Source of the DNA: a virus
Lineage: Duplodnaviria > Caudoviricetes
IMG/VR virus record: IMGVR_UViG_3300037067_018554
Coordinates: 4,060-68,059 of that record
Reading direction: 5' to 3' (one strand)
Length of the DNA stretch: 64,000 nt
A program made the translations under genes and the position numbers. This document shows, piece after piece, positions 1 to 8,163 of this stretch. Positions within the stretch are counted from its first letter, which is position 1. Each line of letters opens with the position of its first letter. The notes beneath the pieces were generated by a model, which ran no database searches, was not told the DNA's origin, and worked only from the letters and a program-made list of their open reading frames with translations.

Positions 1-264
1 CACAAGCTTTTGGTAGACCTAATACAAGAAGCCAGTAGTGATGAGTTTTACCTGCACACCAATGATATTGATGCTCATGAAGTATTAATACGTAAAACAA
101 AACACTGGGATGAAATCCGAGACCAAAGACGAGAGCGTCTTTTACGGCAGCGTTCCTTCATGAAAAGCTGGAGAAATATGAACCGAGCAACAGCCGAGGT
201 AGAGTCCAAGATTAGTAAACCTTTTATGGAGGCCAATCCAATTGGAACAAAAGACACACTTTGA
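1..264 (+). CDS. Hypothetical protein, probably 5'-truncated by the window edge
   Basis: Frame is open from base 1 through the track's TTG at 10 to TGA at 262-264; no recognisable motif. Confidence 0.55.
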   Translation, partial: HKLLVDLIQEASSDEFYLHTNDIDAHEVLIRKTKHWDEIRDQRRERLLRQRSFMKSWRNMNRATAEVESKISKPFMEANPIGTKDTL

Positions 265-799
265 ACGTATTCTAGAGTCTTCGCAAACCATTAAATGGAT
301 ATACCTGCCATACATGGAATTAGATGGTGAGATTGTGGTATGTGTCGAGTTACAGGAATGGCCAGGGTTTAATAAGGATGTTGAAATCGCAGAGCGAAGG
401 AATGCGCGGAATCCATCTCCCATTACTCGTGTGCCTAATAACTCTGCAGAAAAATGGGAAAGTGAACTTCAGAACATAGGAACTTGCTTTGATAGCAACA
501 GCTGGCAATGGCTTGGCCCAATGCAGTCTAGTGCTCTATGCATGATAGTGGCTCTTGAATCCCAAACAATAGATACAGCCAAGCTTAACTCGATCTACGG
601 ATGCAAAGCAACATTCGTATGGCTACCACTTCGAGAGCTCGTTACTACTGACTATGCTGAACTAGCCGCCGCTGCTGGGCGGCTTAGGTCATGGCTGGAT
701 GGAAATTTCCACTCTCGTTTTATTGAATCAGGGGAAACGGTTGAAATTACCGCTGAAGATAAGCATGGTACTCGACCACCACTTATTCTTTTATCTTGA
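242..799 (+). CDS. Hypothetical protein (185 aa)
   Basis: ORF overlapping the previous gene and ending inside the downstream -35 box; no family recognised. Confidence 0.65.
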   Translation: MEQKTHFERILESSQTIKWIYLPYMELDGEIVVCVELQEWPGFNKDVEIAERRNARNPSPITRVPNNSAEKWESELQNIGTCFDSNSWQWLGPMQSSALCMIVALESQTIDTAKLNSIYGCKATFVWLPLRELVTTDYAELAAAAGRLRSWLDGNFHSRFIESGETVEITAEDKHGTRPPLILLS

Positions 800-823
800 C
801 AAATGGTAAAGTAAGAGTATAAT
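796..823 (+). promoter_or_regulatory. Consensus sigma70/sigmaA promoter
   Basis: TTGACA (796-801), 16-nt spacer, TATAAT (818-823); a GAGGT SD and ATG 851 follow. Confidence 0.85.
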
Positions 824-850
824 ACGTTGTAGTACATAGAGGTATTGATC

Positions 851-1021
851 ATGATTGAACGAGAAGCCCAAGACGCAACCATTACCATCCGGGTCTCTAA
901 CATTAAAAAAGTAGAGATAGAGCGTAAACTCAAAGATTGTGGTGTTACTAACTTATCGGCATGGGTTAGACAGTTAATAGAAAAAGAACTAATAGCTATT
1001 ACTACTATTAGACAAGATTAA
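851..1021 (+). CDS. Small ribbon-helix-helix (CopG/Arc/MetJ-like) DNA-binding protein, 56 aa (not in ORF track)
   Basis: Hand translation MIEREAQDATITIRVSNIKKVEIERKLKDCGVTNLSAWVRQLIEKELIAITTIRQD*: alternating strand ITIRV, helix A, G-turn, helix B NLSAWVRQLI; SD GAGGT upstream. Confidence 0.75.
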   Translation: MIEREAQDATITIRVSNIKKVEIERKLKDCGVTNLSAWVRQLIEKELIAITTIRQD

Positions 1022-1043
1022 AGACTATTCAGGAGGAAAAGCA

Positions 1044-1313
1044 ATGGCTGGAAATATTCATGAGGATCCCCGGTATCTGCCATCTAAATCATATGTGGCT
1101 ATGCCTAGAGAGATGTTCGATCGCATCTTTAGTTTCGTAGAAGTAGCAGCTAAGACTGGTTCAGTTCCCAGCATTACAGATGCTATTGAATTGGCCATGA
1201 CCCTGAGACAGAAGTTTTATGGTCATGGTGGCAAAGACCCTGTATTTGAGGGTAAATTAGAGGCTAAATCAGAACAAGCCTATCAGCAGCACGTGCAACC
1301 TACTCTTAAGTAG
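1044..1313 (+). CDS. Hypothetical protein, possibly a second RHH-like protein (89 aa)
   Basis: Strong SD AGGAGG; segment KSYVAMPREMFDRI...SITDAIELAM follows a strand-helix-helix RHH-like pattern. Confidence 0.65.
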   Translation: MAGNIHEDPRYLPSKSYVAMPREMFDRIFSFVEVAAKTGSVPSITDAIELAMTLRQKFYGHGGKDPVFEGKLEAKSEQAYQQHVQPTLK

Positions 1314-1436
1314 GAGTCTGCCATCATATACTGTTATCTTCTTGGAACAAGTCAACTCAAGGGACCAGGAGGGTCTTGGTTATCACTGAGGAGATGTCCG
1401 GTTCCAGGATGTGACCATCCAGGGTGTCCCCATCAC

Positions 1437-2897
1437 GTGAAAATATCTGGTATAATTAGGACACAACCTAGTAGAAAGATAGCACAAGAAGCTGCTGAAA
1501 AGATGGTGCTAGAAGAATTACAAGCTAGGGACAAAGAACAATTGAGTACTACCGCCATGAATATACCGGCAGATGAACATAACAGAGATGCAGTTGTTGC
1601 AGAACAGAAAGTAGAACCAGCCACTGTAACAATAGAGCAGATAGCAGATAGTGGTGGGGCTTTCGACTTTCTTAAGAAAGAAGTACCATACAAGGAGCGT
1701 ACAGCAATGAAAGAAATTGTTTCAGCACAAAGTGGCAGGACACTCGATATCGGTATTATTGGCGTGGGTGGTTGCGGATGCAAAATGGCGGATGCATTTG
1801 CAGCGGCGGGGTATGATGTAGCAGTTATCAATCTAACAGATCGTGATTTTTCACATCTCACTAATATCCCGAATGATGATCTGTCTAGAATTGAATTAGT
1901 AACTACTGCTGGTGGTGCTGGTCGAGATCCCGAGAAGGGAGCTCAAGCCGTTAAAGAGTATGCCAACACTTTAGTTAAAAAGCTTCAGCGAAAGTTTAAC
2001 AACAAAGAATTCTTGTTTGTTTGTAGCGGTTTAGGTGGTGGAACGGGCACTCTTGGTGGTTCTCTGGTAGGAGAAATTCTTGCCAGCTTTAAGATCCCAG
2101 TAGGGGCTATTGTTACTCTTCCTCGCAAGAATGAAGGCACTGACGAGAAGGTCAATTGCCTTAAGGGTCTTCAGGCTATTGCAAATAACAAACTTCTGAA
2201 GTCCATCATTGTTGTAGACAATCAGAAGATCGCAGAAAGATTAAAGGGCGTGCAGGACTCTAACTTCTGGAGAATGGCCAATGAAGAAATTGTTGCCCTA
2301 TTTGATACCTTTAATCGTTTGTCTAGTCTTCCCTCCGATACGGCCTTTGACGCTGAGGATTATAGGAAATGTCTGGCTACCCCAGGCTTCCTTGTTCTTG
2401 GCTCATCGCTTTTGCCTACCTCAACGGTTACGGCAGATGCAACGGAAGCTCAGCTGGCGGAAGCTATCAAATCAATTGATAAAGGACTACTCGCCACTGG
2501 TTTCGACCATAAGTCAGCGATTGGAGCAGCGGGGCTTATTGTAAGACCCAAGACCTTTGAGTACAGTCATGGGATTGAAGAGGCTCTATTCTCCCATCTT
2601 AAGAGTGAGATAGGAGCCGGCCGTCTAAATCGCGGTATTTATACGAGCGAGATTCTCAATACCGATGTGGCTGTGTTTACCATGCTAGCTGGCATGAAAT
2701 TACCTGAGTTGCGAGTCAAAGAATTGATCGATGAAGCTCAGAATGAAGCTAGCGAAATGTCAGGCAAGGTTAAAGAAAGGCTTGGACAGGTGGTTAGCAT
2801 TGATATGCCAAAAGATATGGATCTGATTACTAAAGCCGATCTAAACCGAGATTCGAGTCAGTCGCTTAACTCTAACCTACTCAACAGGCGACGGTAG
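1437..2897 (+). CDS. FtsZ/tubulin-superfamily GTPase (TubZ/PhuZ-type phage tubulin); true start may lie upstream
   Basis: IGIIGVGGCGCKMAD (T1 loop), GGAGRDPEKG (T3), GLGGGTGT signature (T4), FDAEDY (T7-like acidic loop), helical C-terminal tail. Confidence 0.9.
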   Translation: MKISGIIRTQPSRKIAQEAAEKMVLEELQARDKEQLSTTAMNIPADEHNRDAVVAEQKVEPATVTIEQIADSGGAFDFLKKEVPYKERTAMKEIVSAQSGRTLDIGIIGVGGCGCKMADAFAAAGYDVAVINLTDRDFSHLTNIPNDDLSRIELVTTAGGAGRDPEKGAQAVKEYANTLVKKLQRKFNNKEFLFVCSGLGGGTGTLGGSLVGEILASFKIPVGAIVTLPRKNEGTDEKVNCLKGLQAIANNKLLKSIIVVDNQKIAERLKGVQDSNFWRMANEEIVALFDTFNRLSSLPSDTAFDAEDYRKCLATPGFLVLGSSLLPTSTVTADATEAQLAEAIKSIDKGLLATGFDHKSAIGAAGLIVRPKTFEYSHGIEEALFSHLKSEIGAGRLNRGIYTSEILNTDVAVFTMLAGMKLPELRVKELIDEAQNEASEMSGKVKERLGQVVSIDMPKDMDLITKADLNRDSSQSLNSNLLNRRR

Positions 2898-2912
2898 GCC
2901 TGGGACGGGGAT

Positions 2913-2954
2913 AGGGGAGGGCGCCTCGCTCCTGGGTAGCCCTCCCCTTGTTTT
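2913..2954 (+). terminator. Intrinsic terminator after the tubulin gene
   Basis: Perfect 10-bp stem AGGGGAGGGC / GCCCTCCCCT with a 16-nt loop, followed by TGTTTT. Confidence 0.7.
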
Positions 2955-3236
2955 ATGAATCCGATTGATTATATGAACCCAAATACTGACCCGCTTAGTC
3001 CTAACTACGATGCCAAGGCCCGACTTTATGTTAGGCTAGCTATTTTATACGAAAAGCCCAAGTCTATGGATAGCGGCGATCATCCATGGCGCCAAATATG
3101 TTACTTCCGTAGAAGTCAAGGTAATAATTGTGCACTAGTCGGGGAAATATCAAAACAACTAGCCCTGAACTCTCTCGAACCTGAGATTACGAATGTGGTT
3201 TTAGAGTGGGAAAAGCTAGGGAAACCTAATGGCTGA
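2955..3236 (+). CDS. Hypothetical protein (93 aa)
   Basis: ORF with an 8-nt overlap into the next gene, consistent with translational coupling. Confidence 0.6.
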   Translation: MNPIDYMNPNTDPLSPNYDAKARLYVRLAILYEKPKSMDSGDHPWRQICYFRRSQGNNCALVGEISKQLALNSLEPEITNVVLEWEKLGKPNG

Positions 3237-3924
3237 CGAATTAGCTAAACAAAAAATCAATCCCATATTAATGCGTATTGCCGCTGAAGGCACTAAAGAA
3301 TTAACCGAAGCAGACCGAACCCAAATTCAAAACCAACTTCGTAATTTAGAGTATGGCCATTATGCTATGGTCCCCATACATTGCCGTGGAAATGTATGTA
3401 AGTATGCTGATATCTGCCCTTTATTAAAAGCTGGCGTTAGCAGTATGGTAGGACAGCCATGCCCTCTCGAAGAACATCTGCTATATACATGGATCTCGCA
3501 TTATCGAGAATCACTTAATGTAGACCCCAAAAATGCTATAGAAATGAATTTAGTCTGCGAGCTTGCTAAAATAGAGATATATAGTGCTCGCGCCACCCAC
3601 CGAGTAGCGTCTGAAGATTTAATCATCCAGCAAGTCATTGGCGTGTCGGATAAAGGCGAGCCAATTTATAGGGAAGAGTTACACCCAATTCTTGGTTTAG
3701 CAGAAAGTCAAGACCGGCGCAAATTACGTCTCCTAGAGGCCTTCCTAGCTACTAGACAAGCACTTGCAGAGGTTGGTGGAAGTGGTCAAGGTGACCAATC
3801 TACTCATGCCGCTGAACTGGCTAATATTGTTCGTAAAGCACAAAAGAATTTGGCGGATAGAGCCAAAGATATTAAAGCCAATGCCGCTAAAGATGTAACT
3901 CCTCCTAGTCCCACCACTACATAA
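3229..3924 (+). CDS. Putative terminase small subunit-like protein with Cys cluster
   Basis: C-x4-C-x5-CP...CP cluster then a helical body (VIGVSDKGEPIYREELHP); located upstream of TerL. Function is inferred from position only. Confidence 0.45.
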   Translation: MADELAKQKINPILMRIAAEGTKELTEADRTQIQNQLRNLEYGHYAMVPIHCRGNVCKYADICPLLKAGVSSMVGQPCPLEEHLLYTWISHYRESLNVDPKNAIEMNLVCELAKIEIYSARATHRVASEDLIIQQVIGVSDKGEPIYREELHPILGLAESQDRRKLRLLEAFLATRQALAEVGGSGQGDQSTHAAELANIVRKAQKNLADRAKDIKANAAKDVTPPSPTTT

Positions 3925-3940
3925 CTCCAAGTAGTTTCAT

Positions 3941-6900
3941 ATGCTAGGTTCCAGCCGAGACATCGGGCAGGGTCCGCAAGGCCCGGGCCTAAGACCTCAA
4001 CGATCCTTCGAAAATCTTCGTTCATACCCCACTGCCGCTGCCTGGCAGCAGCCCACTTCGTCATACTTAAATCCAAACTATAAGCAACGCCGAGGCTGGG
4101 GTTATGGTCAGCCTAGTAGTTTCTCTCCTGGTATCCAGCCTTATATAATCCCAGATGCCAAAGACTATCTCCAGAATATATACAGTTATGGAGTACCTGG
4201 CTTTGTCCAAAGCAAGATAGAGGGATTACATCCAGGTGGAAGCGGTATAGGCAGAAATACTGTCCGTTCCATGACTACATTTGGTTCAGGTGTTGATATA
4301 CCTCAACTCATCAACCCATTTGAAACATACGCTTCTGATTGGAATATAGCACAACGCAAATCACTGGCAAGTAAACTACATGCCCTGTCCCGAGCAAATC
4401 TCATTTTTGTTGATACAGAAACTACAGGAGTAAAAGCACTTTATGAAAGGCCTGGTAAAGGTAAACAGTCTCTTAAAGCGGGCTCATCGGTTCTTGGTGA
4501 ACTTAACGAAATGGTAGTTAATAGCCGACATGCATTTATGTATGGCTTTTCAGATACTGCCTCTATAGATGTTCTAAAACAACGAGCTCGCCAATCTAGA
4601 GGAGCAAGGGCTTTATATAGATCAGCTGCAGAGCGACTGAGTAAATATAAAGGTGAGCGATATACTGCTACCCAGCTAGTGGACTTTATCACTAAACTGG
4701 CTGTTCCAGGTAAAAAGAATTATCTCCTCGGGCACAATTTTGCTACTTTCGATTTTGGTATGATTGCCACTAAATATGCGAGAGAAAGTGGCGACATCAC
4801 TCAGGCTGATGTTAATACAATCACATCTTTTTATGATAATCCTGCACGACAAACGTCTACCAAAATAGAAAATGCATTTGGTAGGATACGAAAAGCAACA
4901 AGTAAGGCTGCCAAAGCCATAGAAAAAAAATGGCAGGGCGCAGGCATTAGTGTTGCGGATACCCTGGGAGCTTTTGTTGATAAGGGAGCCAAGATTGTTC
5001 CTAAAGTAGCACCCGAAGTTAGTGATATAGCCTATCACTTCGCTAGTACGTATTTCCCAAATATCCAAGCCATGTATTCCAATATTAAGTCTGGGGCATA
5101 CCACTTTGCTCGAGGTAGTTCTCTAGAGGGATTGTCCTACTATGCTACTGGGAAAGTTCCCCCTAGTCTTCATGATCCACGTAAAGACTTAATAGTTAAT
5201 AAAAATATGCTAAGCCTTGTTGCCCAGAAGTCTAAACAACTTGATAAGATGATTGACGCTGGTGACGAATATGGTCTAGCTAGAGAAACAGCTAACTATC
5301 TAAAAGCCCAGCGTTATATTGCTAGCAATGTCATGAAAGCCTATGCTAAGAATACGCCCAAGTATGCTTCTGCAAAAACTGCTACCGAGATCATAGACCA
5401 AGTTTTACCAACTGTATTCAGTAGTACTAAATCGGGCTTTTTTGAAAGTCTTATAGGAAGTTTCAAAAATCTACCTACTAAATCCAAATGGATGGTAGGC
5501 GGGGCTTTGGGTATGGCCACTTGGCAAATCGGTGGGTATTTTCTTGATGGCAATACTATCGAGGGGCTACACCCAGGCAGTACTGGATATTCAGCTAGTA
5601 TTATCCCAGCCTTTACACCATTCGGGTCGGGGTTTCAGCCAAATAAAGCTTTTATGCATAGTCCCCTTATGGCATCAGCAGGAGCTCTTGGTGTAGGGCT
5701 AATAAGTTATTTTGGAACTGGAGATTTAACTGACGCTGCGCTTACAGCATCCGCCGCCTATACTGGAGCTGCTATAGGAGCTACAAGAAATAAACTATTC
5801 CAAGGATTAATGTGGGGCATGGGTATAGGGGCGGCGACAGACTATATGGTTCAAGATCACCCACTAGTCAGTGGGACTCTTGCTACTATATCTACATCTG
5901 TGGCTGCTGGTCTAGGGCTAGCTTCTTTCGCAAAAGGTGGCATGTATTACAAATCGACACTAGAAATGATAACTAACAAAGTTCCCGGAACCACTCCTGA
6001 AGCATGGGCCAAGATATTGGGAGCAGAGGGCAGAGGGGCAGGACTAGCCCATGACCCAACTAAAATGCTTCAATATCTAGCTTTTCCCCATAGCGCCAAG
6101 TTTGGTCAAATCAAGAGTGTCCTCAAAGACGTAGGTTGGAGTACTGATGCAAAGCTAGAACAGCATTTTGCGCAAATGGCTCAGCAAGGACTTCTAGAAA
6201 AAGCTAGATACCAAGCTTGGCGGGGGACTCGTGCATTAAGTGCGACTATGAAGAACCACCCTCATTTGGAGCGTATGATCAATGCCTATGTGGGTTCTCC
6301 ATCCCTTCTTGCCTTAGCTCAAAAAAATAGACACGCTGGTCTTAGTAATGCTCCTCTTCATAAAATATATGGTGCTCTTTGGCAAGACGTAGTAGAGGCT
6401 GCTCCTCTTAGTGCTGGTATCGGTGCACTTAATATGTTTTGGGAGGGATTGCATCCTGGAGGTTCAGGTCCAGGAGCAGACTCAATTCGCCAATATAGTG
6501 ACTTCGGTTCTGGACGTATTCTTGGTAAAATGGTATCCCGAGCCGAAAAACTTATGCAACAGCAGAAATGGGACAAGGAGTGGGTTAAAGCTAAATTCTT
6601 CCAAAGAAAGAAATGGTTAGAGGCCAGAGAGGAAACCTTCGGTACTCGATATGGTGTTGCTGGTACCAACAATCCTAGAACCGCCTTTGTAGAAATTGAT
6701 ATTCCATCCATACAAAGTGGATATAATAAGACTGAAGGATTGCATCCCGGCGGATCCGGTCTAGGTAAATATCAGATCATAGACTTGACAGATTTTGGTT
6801 CTGGATGGCAACTAGAATGGGTACTTGCTAAATTTGCGCAAGCCCGTAAGCGTGCACTCCTAAGACAGGTTATTGCTAAGCCATCAACAGTCAAATATGA

Positions 6901-7120
6901 TGAGGCAATAGGGTTTCTGAAAAATAAAACCCAATCCCGGCAACCAATATTTCAAAATCTGACTATGCCAGATATTGAACAAGCTGGAGCATTTGTTGAT
7001 ATGCCAATTGTTGCCCAATCTAGTGCTAGAGAAAAACTAATCCCAACTGCAGGACTAGTCAATAATGTTCTTTATGATAGAGCTATCTCACACACTAAAT
7101 ACCCCGGAAAATCCTTATAA
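3941..7120 (+). CDS. Modular putative internal/ejection polyprotein containing a DEDDh 3'-5' exonuclease domain and hydrophobic segments
   Basis: ExoI FVDTETTG (D158,E160), ExoII GHNFATFD (D271), ExoIII LHDPRKD (H411,D416); four EGLHPG-x14-FGSG motifs; Gly/Ala-rich hydrophobic helices around aa 515-660. Confidence 0.75.
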   Translation: MLGSSRDIGQGPQGPGLRPQRSFENLRSYPTAAAWQQPTSSYLNPNYKQRRGWGYGQPSSFSPGIQPYIIPDAKDYLQNIYSYGVPGFVQSKIEGLHPGGSGIGRNTVRSMTTFGSGVDIPQLINPFETYASDWNIAQRKSLASKLHALSRANLIFVDTETTGVKALYERPGKGKQSLKAGSSVLGELNEMVVNSRHAFMYGFSDTASIDVLKQRARQSRGARALYRSAAERLSKYKGERYTATQLVDFITKLAVPGKKNYLLGHNFATFDFGMIATKYARESGDITQADVNTITSFYDNPARQTSTKIENAFGRIRKATSKAAKAIEKKWQGAGISVADTLGAFVDKGAKIVPKVAPEVSDIAYHFASTYFPNIQAMYSNIKSGAYHFARGSSLEGLSYYATGKVPPSLHDPRKDLIVNKNMLSLVAQKSKQLDKMIDAGDEYGLARETANYLKAQRYIASNVMKAYAKNTPKYASAKTATEIIDQVLPTVFSSTKSGFFESLIGSFKNLPTKSKWMVGGALGMATWQIGGYFLDGNTIEGLHPGSTGYSASIIPAFTPFGSGFQPNKAFMHSPLMASAGALGVGLISYFGTGDLTDAALTASAAYTGAAIGATRNKLFQGLMWGMGIGAATDYMVQDHPLVSGTLATISTSVAAGLGLASFAKGGMYYKSTLEMITNKVPGTTPEAWAKILGAEGRGAGLAHDPTKMLQYLAFPHSAKFGQIKSVLKDVGWSTDAKLEQHFAQMAQQGLLEKARYQAWRGTRALSATMKNHPHLERMINAYVGSPSLLALAQKNRHAGLSNAPLHKIYGALWQDVVEAAPLSAGIGALNMFWEGLHPGGSGPGADSIRQYSDFGSGRILGKMVSRAEKLMQQQKWDKEWVKAKFFQRKKWLEAREETFGTRYGVAGTNNPRTAFVEIDIPSIQSGYNKTEGLHPGGSGLGKYQIIDLTDFGSGWQLEWVLAKFAQARKRALLRQVIAKPSTVKYDEAIGFLKNKTQSRQPIFQNLTMPDIEQAGAFVDMPIVAQSSAREKLIPTAGLVNNVLYDRAISHTKYPGKSL
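4220..6805 (+). repeat. Four dispersed 24-aa motifs EGLHPG-x14-FGSG
   Basis: Copies at 4220-4291, 5561-5632, 6443-6514 and 6734-6805; identical length; protein conserved while codons differ. Confidence 0.95.
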
Positions 7121-7127
7121 AACGTAC

Positions 7128-7139
7128 TAAAATATATAG
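7128..7139 (+). promoter_or_regulatory. Candidate phage late-promoter motif (TAAAATATATAG)
   Basis: One mismatch to the TATAATATATAG found intergenically at 21092 and 60357. Confidence 0.35.
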
Positions 7140-7144
7140 TATCT

Positions 7145-7723
7145 ATGAGTACGTTAGATAGTAGCCACTTTCATCAAGGTCCAAGAGTAGATATAGGCCC
7201 CCAGGAATTTAGATCCGGGTGGGAAGCGAACATAGCGCGATTATTAACATTCCTAGGAATTAAATGGGAATATGAACCTAAAAGGTTCTTCTTTCCCGGT
7301 GGGATACATTATCTACCAGACTTCCACCTTAAATCCTCTAATCCATGGGATTGTGAATGGCTTGAAGTTAAAGGTTTGTGGCGTCGGGGCGATAAAGCTA
7401 AATGTAAATGCTTTATGATCTTTTATGCAGATCAACCACTGCATGTTATTGTTAAACAAGAATACACTCAGCTGGAAAAGAAATATGGCCACTTAATACC
7501 CAATTGGGAATGGTCACATAAAAGGAGAAAGAAATGCTCTCGACGTCAGACATGCAAATCGCTGCGAATGCCGGCACCCCGAATGCAGCTATCAAAAAGA
7601 TGGCAAAGAAGAAGGGTTATCATCTTGTCGTCCCCGGTGAAAAAAAGCAGTTCCCCTCAAAACTCACTACGGGTACCACAACCTCTCAAGCAAAATATAT
7701 TCAGAAATTCGTCAACGACTTAG
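7145..7723 (+). CDS. PD-(D/E)XK endonuclease, T7 endonuclease I / resolvase-like
   Basis: FRSGWEANIAR...GIKWEYEP...YLPDF...WLEVKG pattern; the last ~70 aa overlap the next ORF and look non-homologous. Confidence 0.75.
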   Translation: MSTLDSSHFHQGPRVDIGPQEFRSGWEANIARLLTFLGIKWEYEPKRFFFPGGIHYLPDFHLKSSNPWDCEWLEVKGLWRRGDKAKCKCFMIFYADQPLHVIVKQEYTQLEKKYGHLIPNWEWSHKRRKKCSRRQTCKSLRMPAPRMQLSKRWQRRRVIILSSPVKKSSSPQNSLRVPQPLKQNIFRNSSTT

Positions 7724-7740
7724 GCAAGCACGGAGGATAA
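7534..7740 (+). CDS. Small basic hypothetical protein (68 aa)
   Basis: SD AAGGAG upstream of the ATG; stop lies 3 nt before the next gene's ATG. Confidence 0.6.
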   Translation: MLSTSDMQIAANAGTPNAAIKKMAKKKGYHLVVPGEKKQFPSKLTTGTTTSQAKYIQKFVNDLGKHGG

Positions 7741-7743
7741 ATC

Positions 7744-8157
7744 ATGGCTCGTGGAGTTAATGGGTGGATAGGAGCTGGACGCCTATCTGGCAGTTTCTTA
7801 AACATGGCCAAAGGTGGTCTAGATTTTTTGACTTCCAGTAAGATGATGGCTCTTGGTTCTGCCGGTGTAGGATTAGGACTTTATTATATGGATTCGAGAG
7901 ACGGATATACTGGACTCCCGGGCATGATGGGACTTGGAGCTGCGGGACTAGTAGGTGGCCGAGCCCTATATAATTACGGAAGTGGTTTGTCTAAAAAAGC
8001 TTTGCGGTCAAAAGGTTATAGCGGTTCCATGAATCGCGGGGCTCGGAATGCTTACCGTTGGATGAAAGATGCTGGCCAAACAGCTAGAAGTGGAGTAAAC
8101 ACACGAGGTGGGTTTGCCAGAGGTTTTAGACAGGGTTATGGAAAAAGAGGGCGCTAG
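7744..8157 (+). CDS. Gly-rich basic protein with hydrophobic helices; putative internal virion/ejection protein
   Basis: SD GGAGG; MMALGSAGVGLGLYYM and MMGLGAAGLVGG segments; basic C-terminus ending KRGR. Confidence 0.65.
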   Translation: MARGVNGWIGAGRLSGSFLNMAKGGLDFLTSSKMMALGSAGVGLGLYYMDSRDGYTGLPGMMGLGAAGLVGGRALYNYGSGLSKKALRSKGYSGSMNRGARNAYRWMKDAGQTARSGVNTRGGFARGFRQGYGKRGR

Positions 8158-8163
8158 TACAAT

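Noticed and set aside
242-799. Nudix hydrolase call for the 185-aa ORF
   Set aside because: Only a weak WLPLREL resemblance; the Nudix box GX5EX7REUXEE is absent.
800-1436. tubC-like iteron centromere beside the tubulin
   Set aside because: No tandem direct-repeat array is visible, only two short palindromes; a centromere could lie elsewhere in the genome.
1437-2897. phiKZ-type phage nucleus system
   Set aside because: No chimallin-like gene or split multi-subunit RNAP genes were recognised, and the compact ordered morphogenesis operon is unlike phiKZ. A tubulin alone is insufficient evidence.
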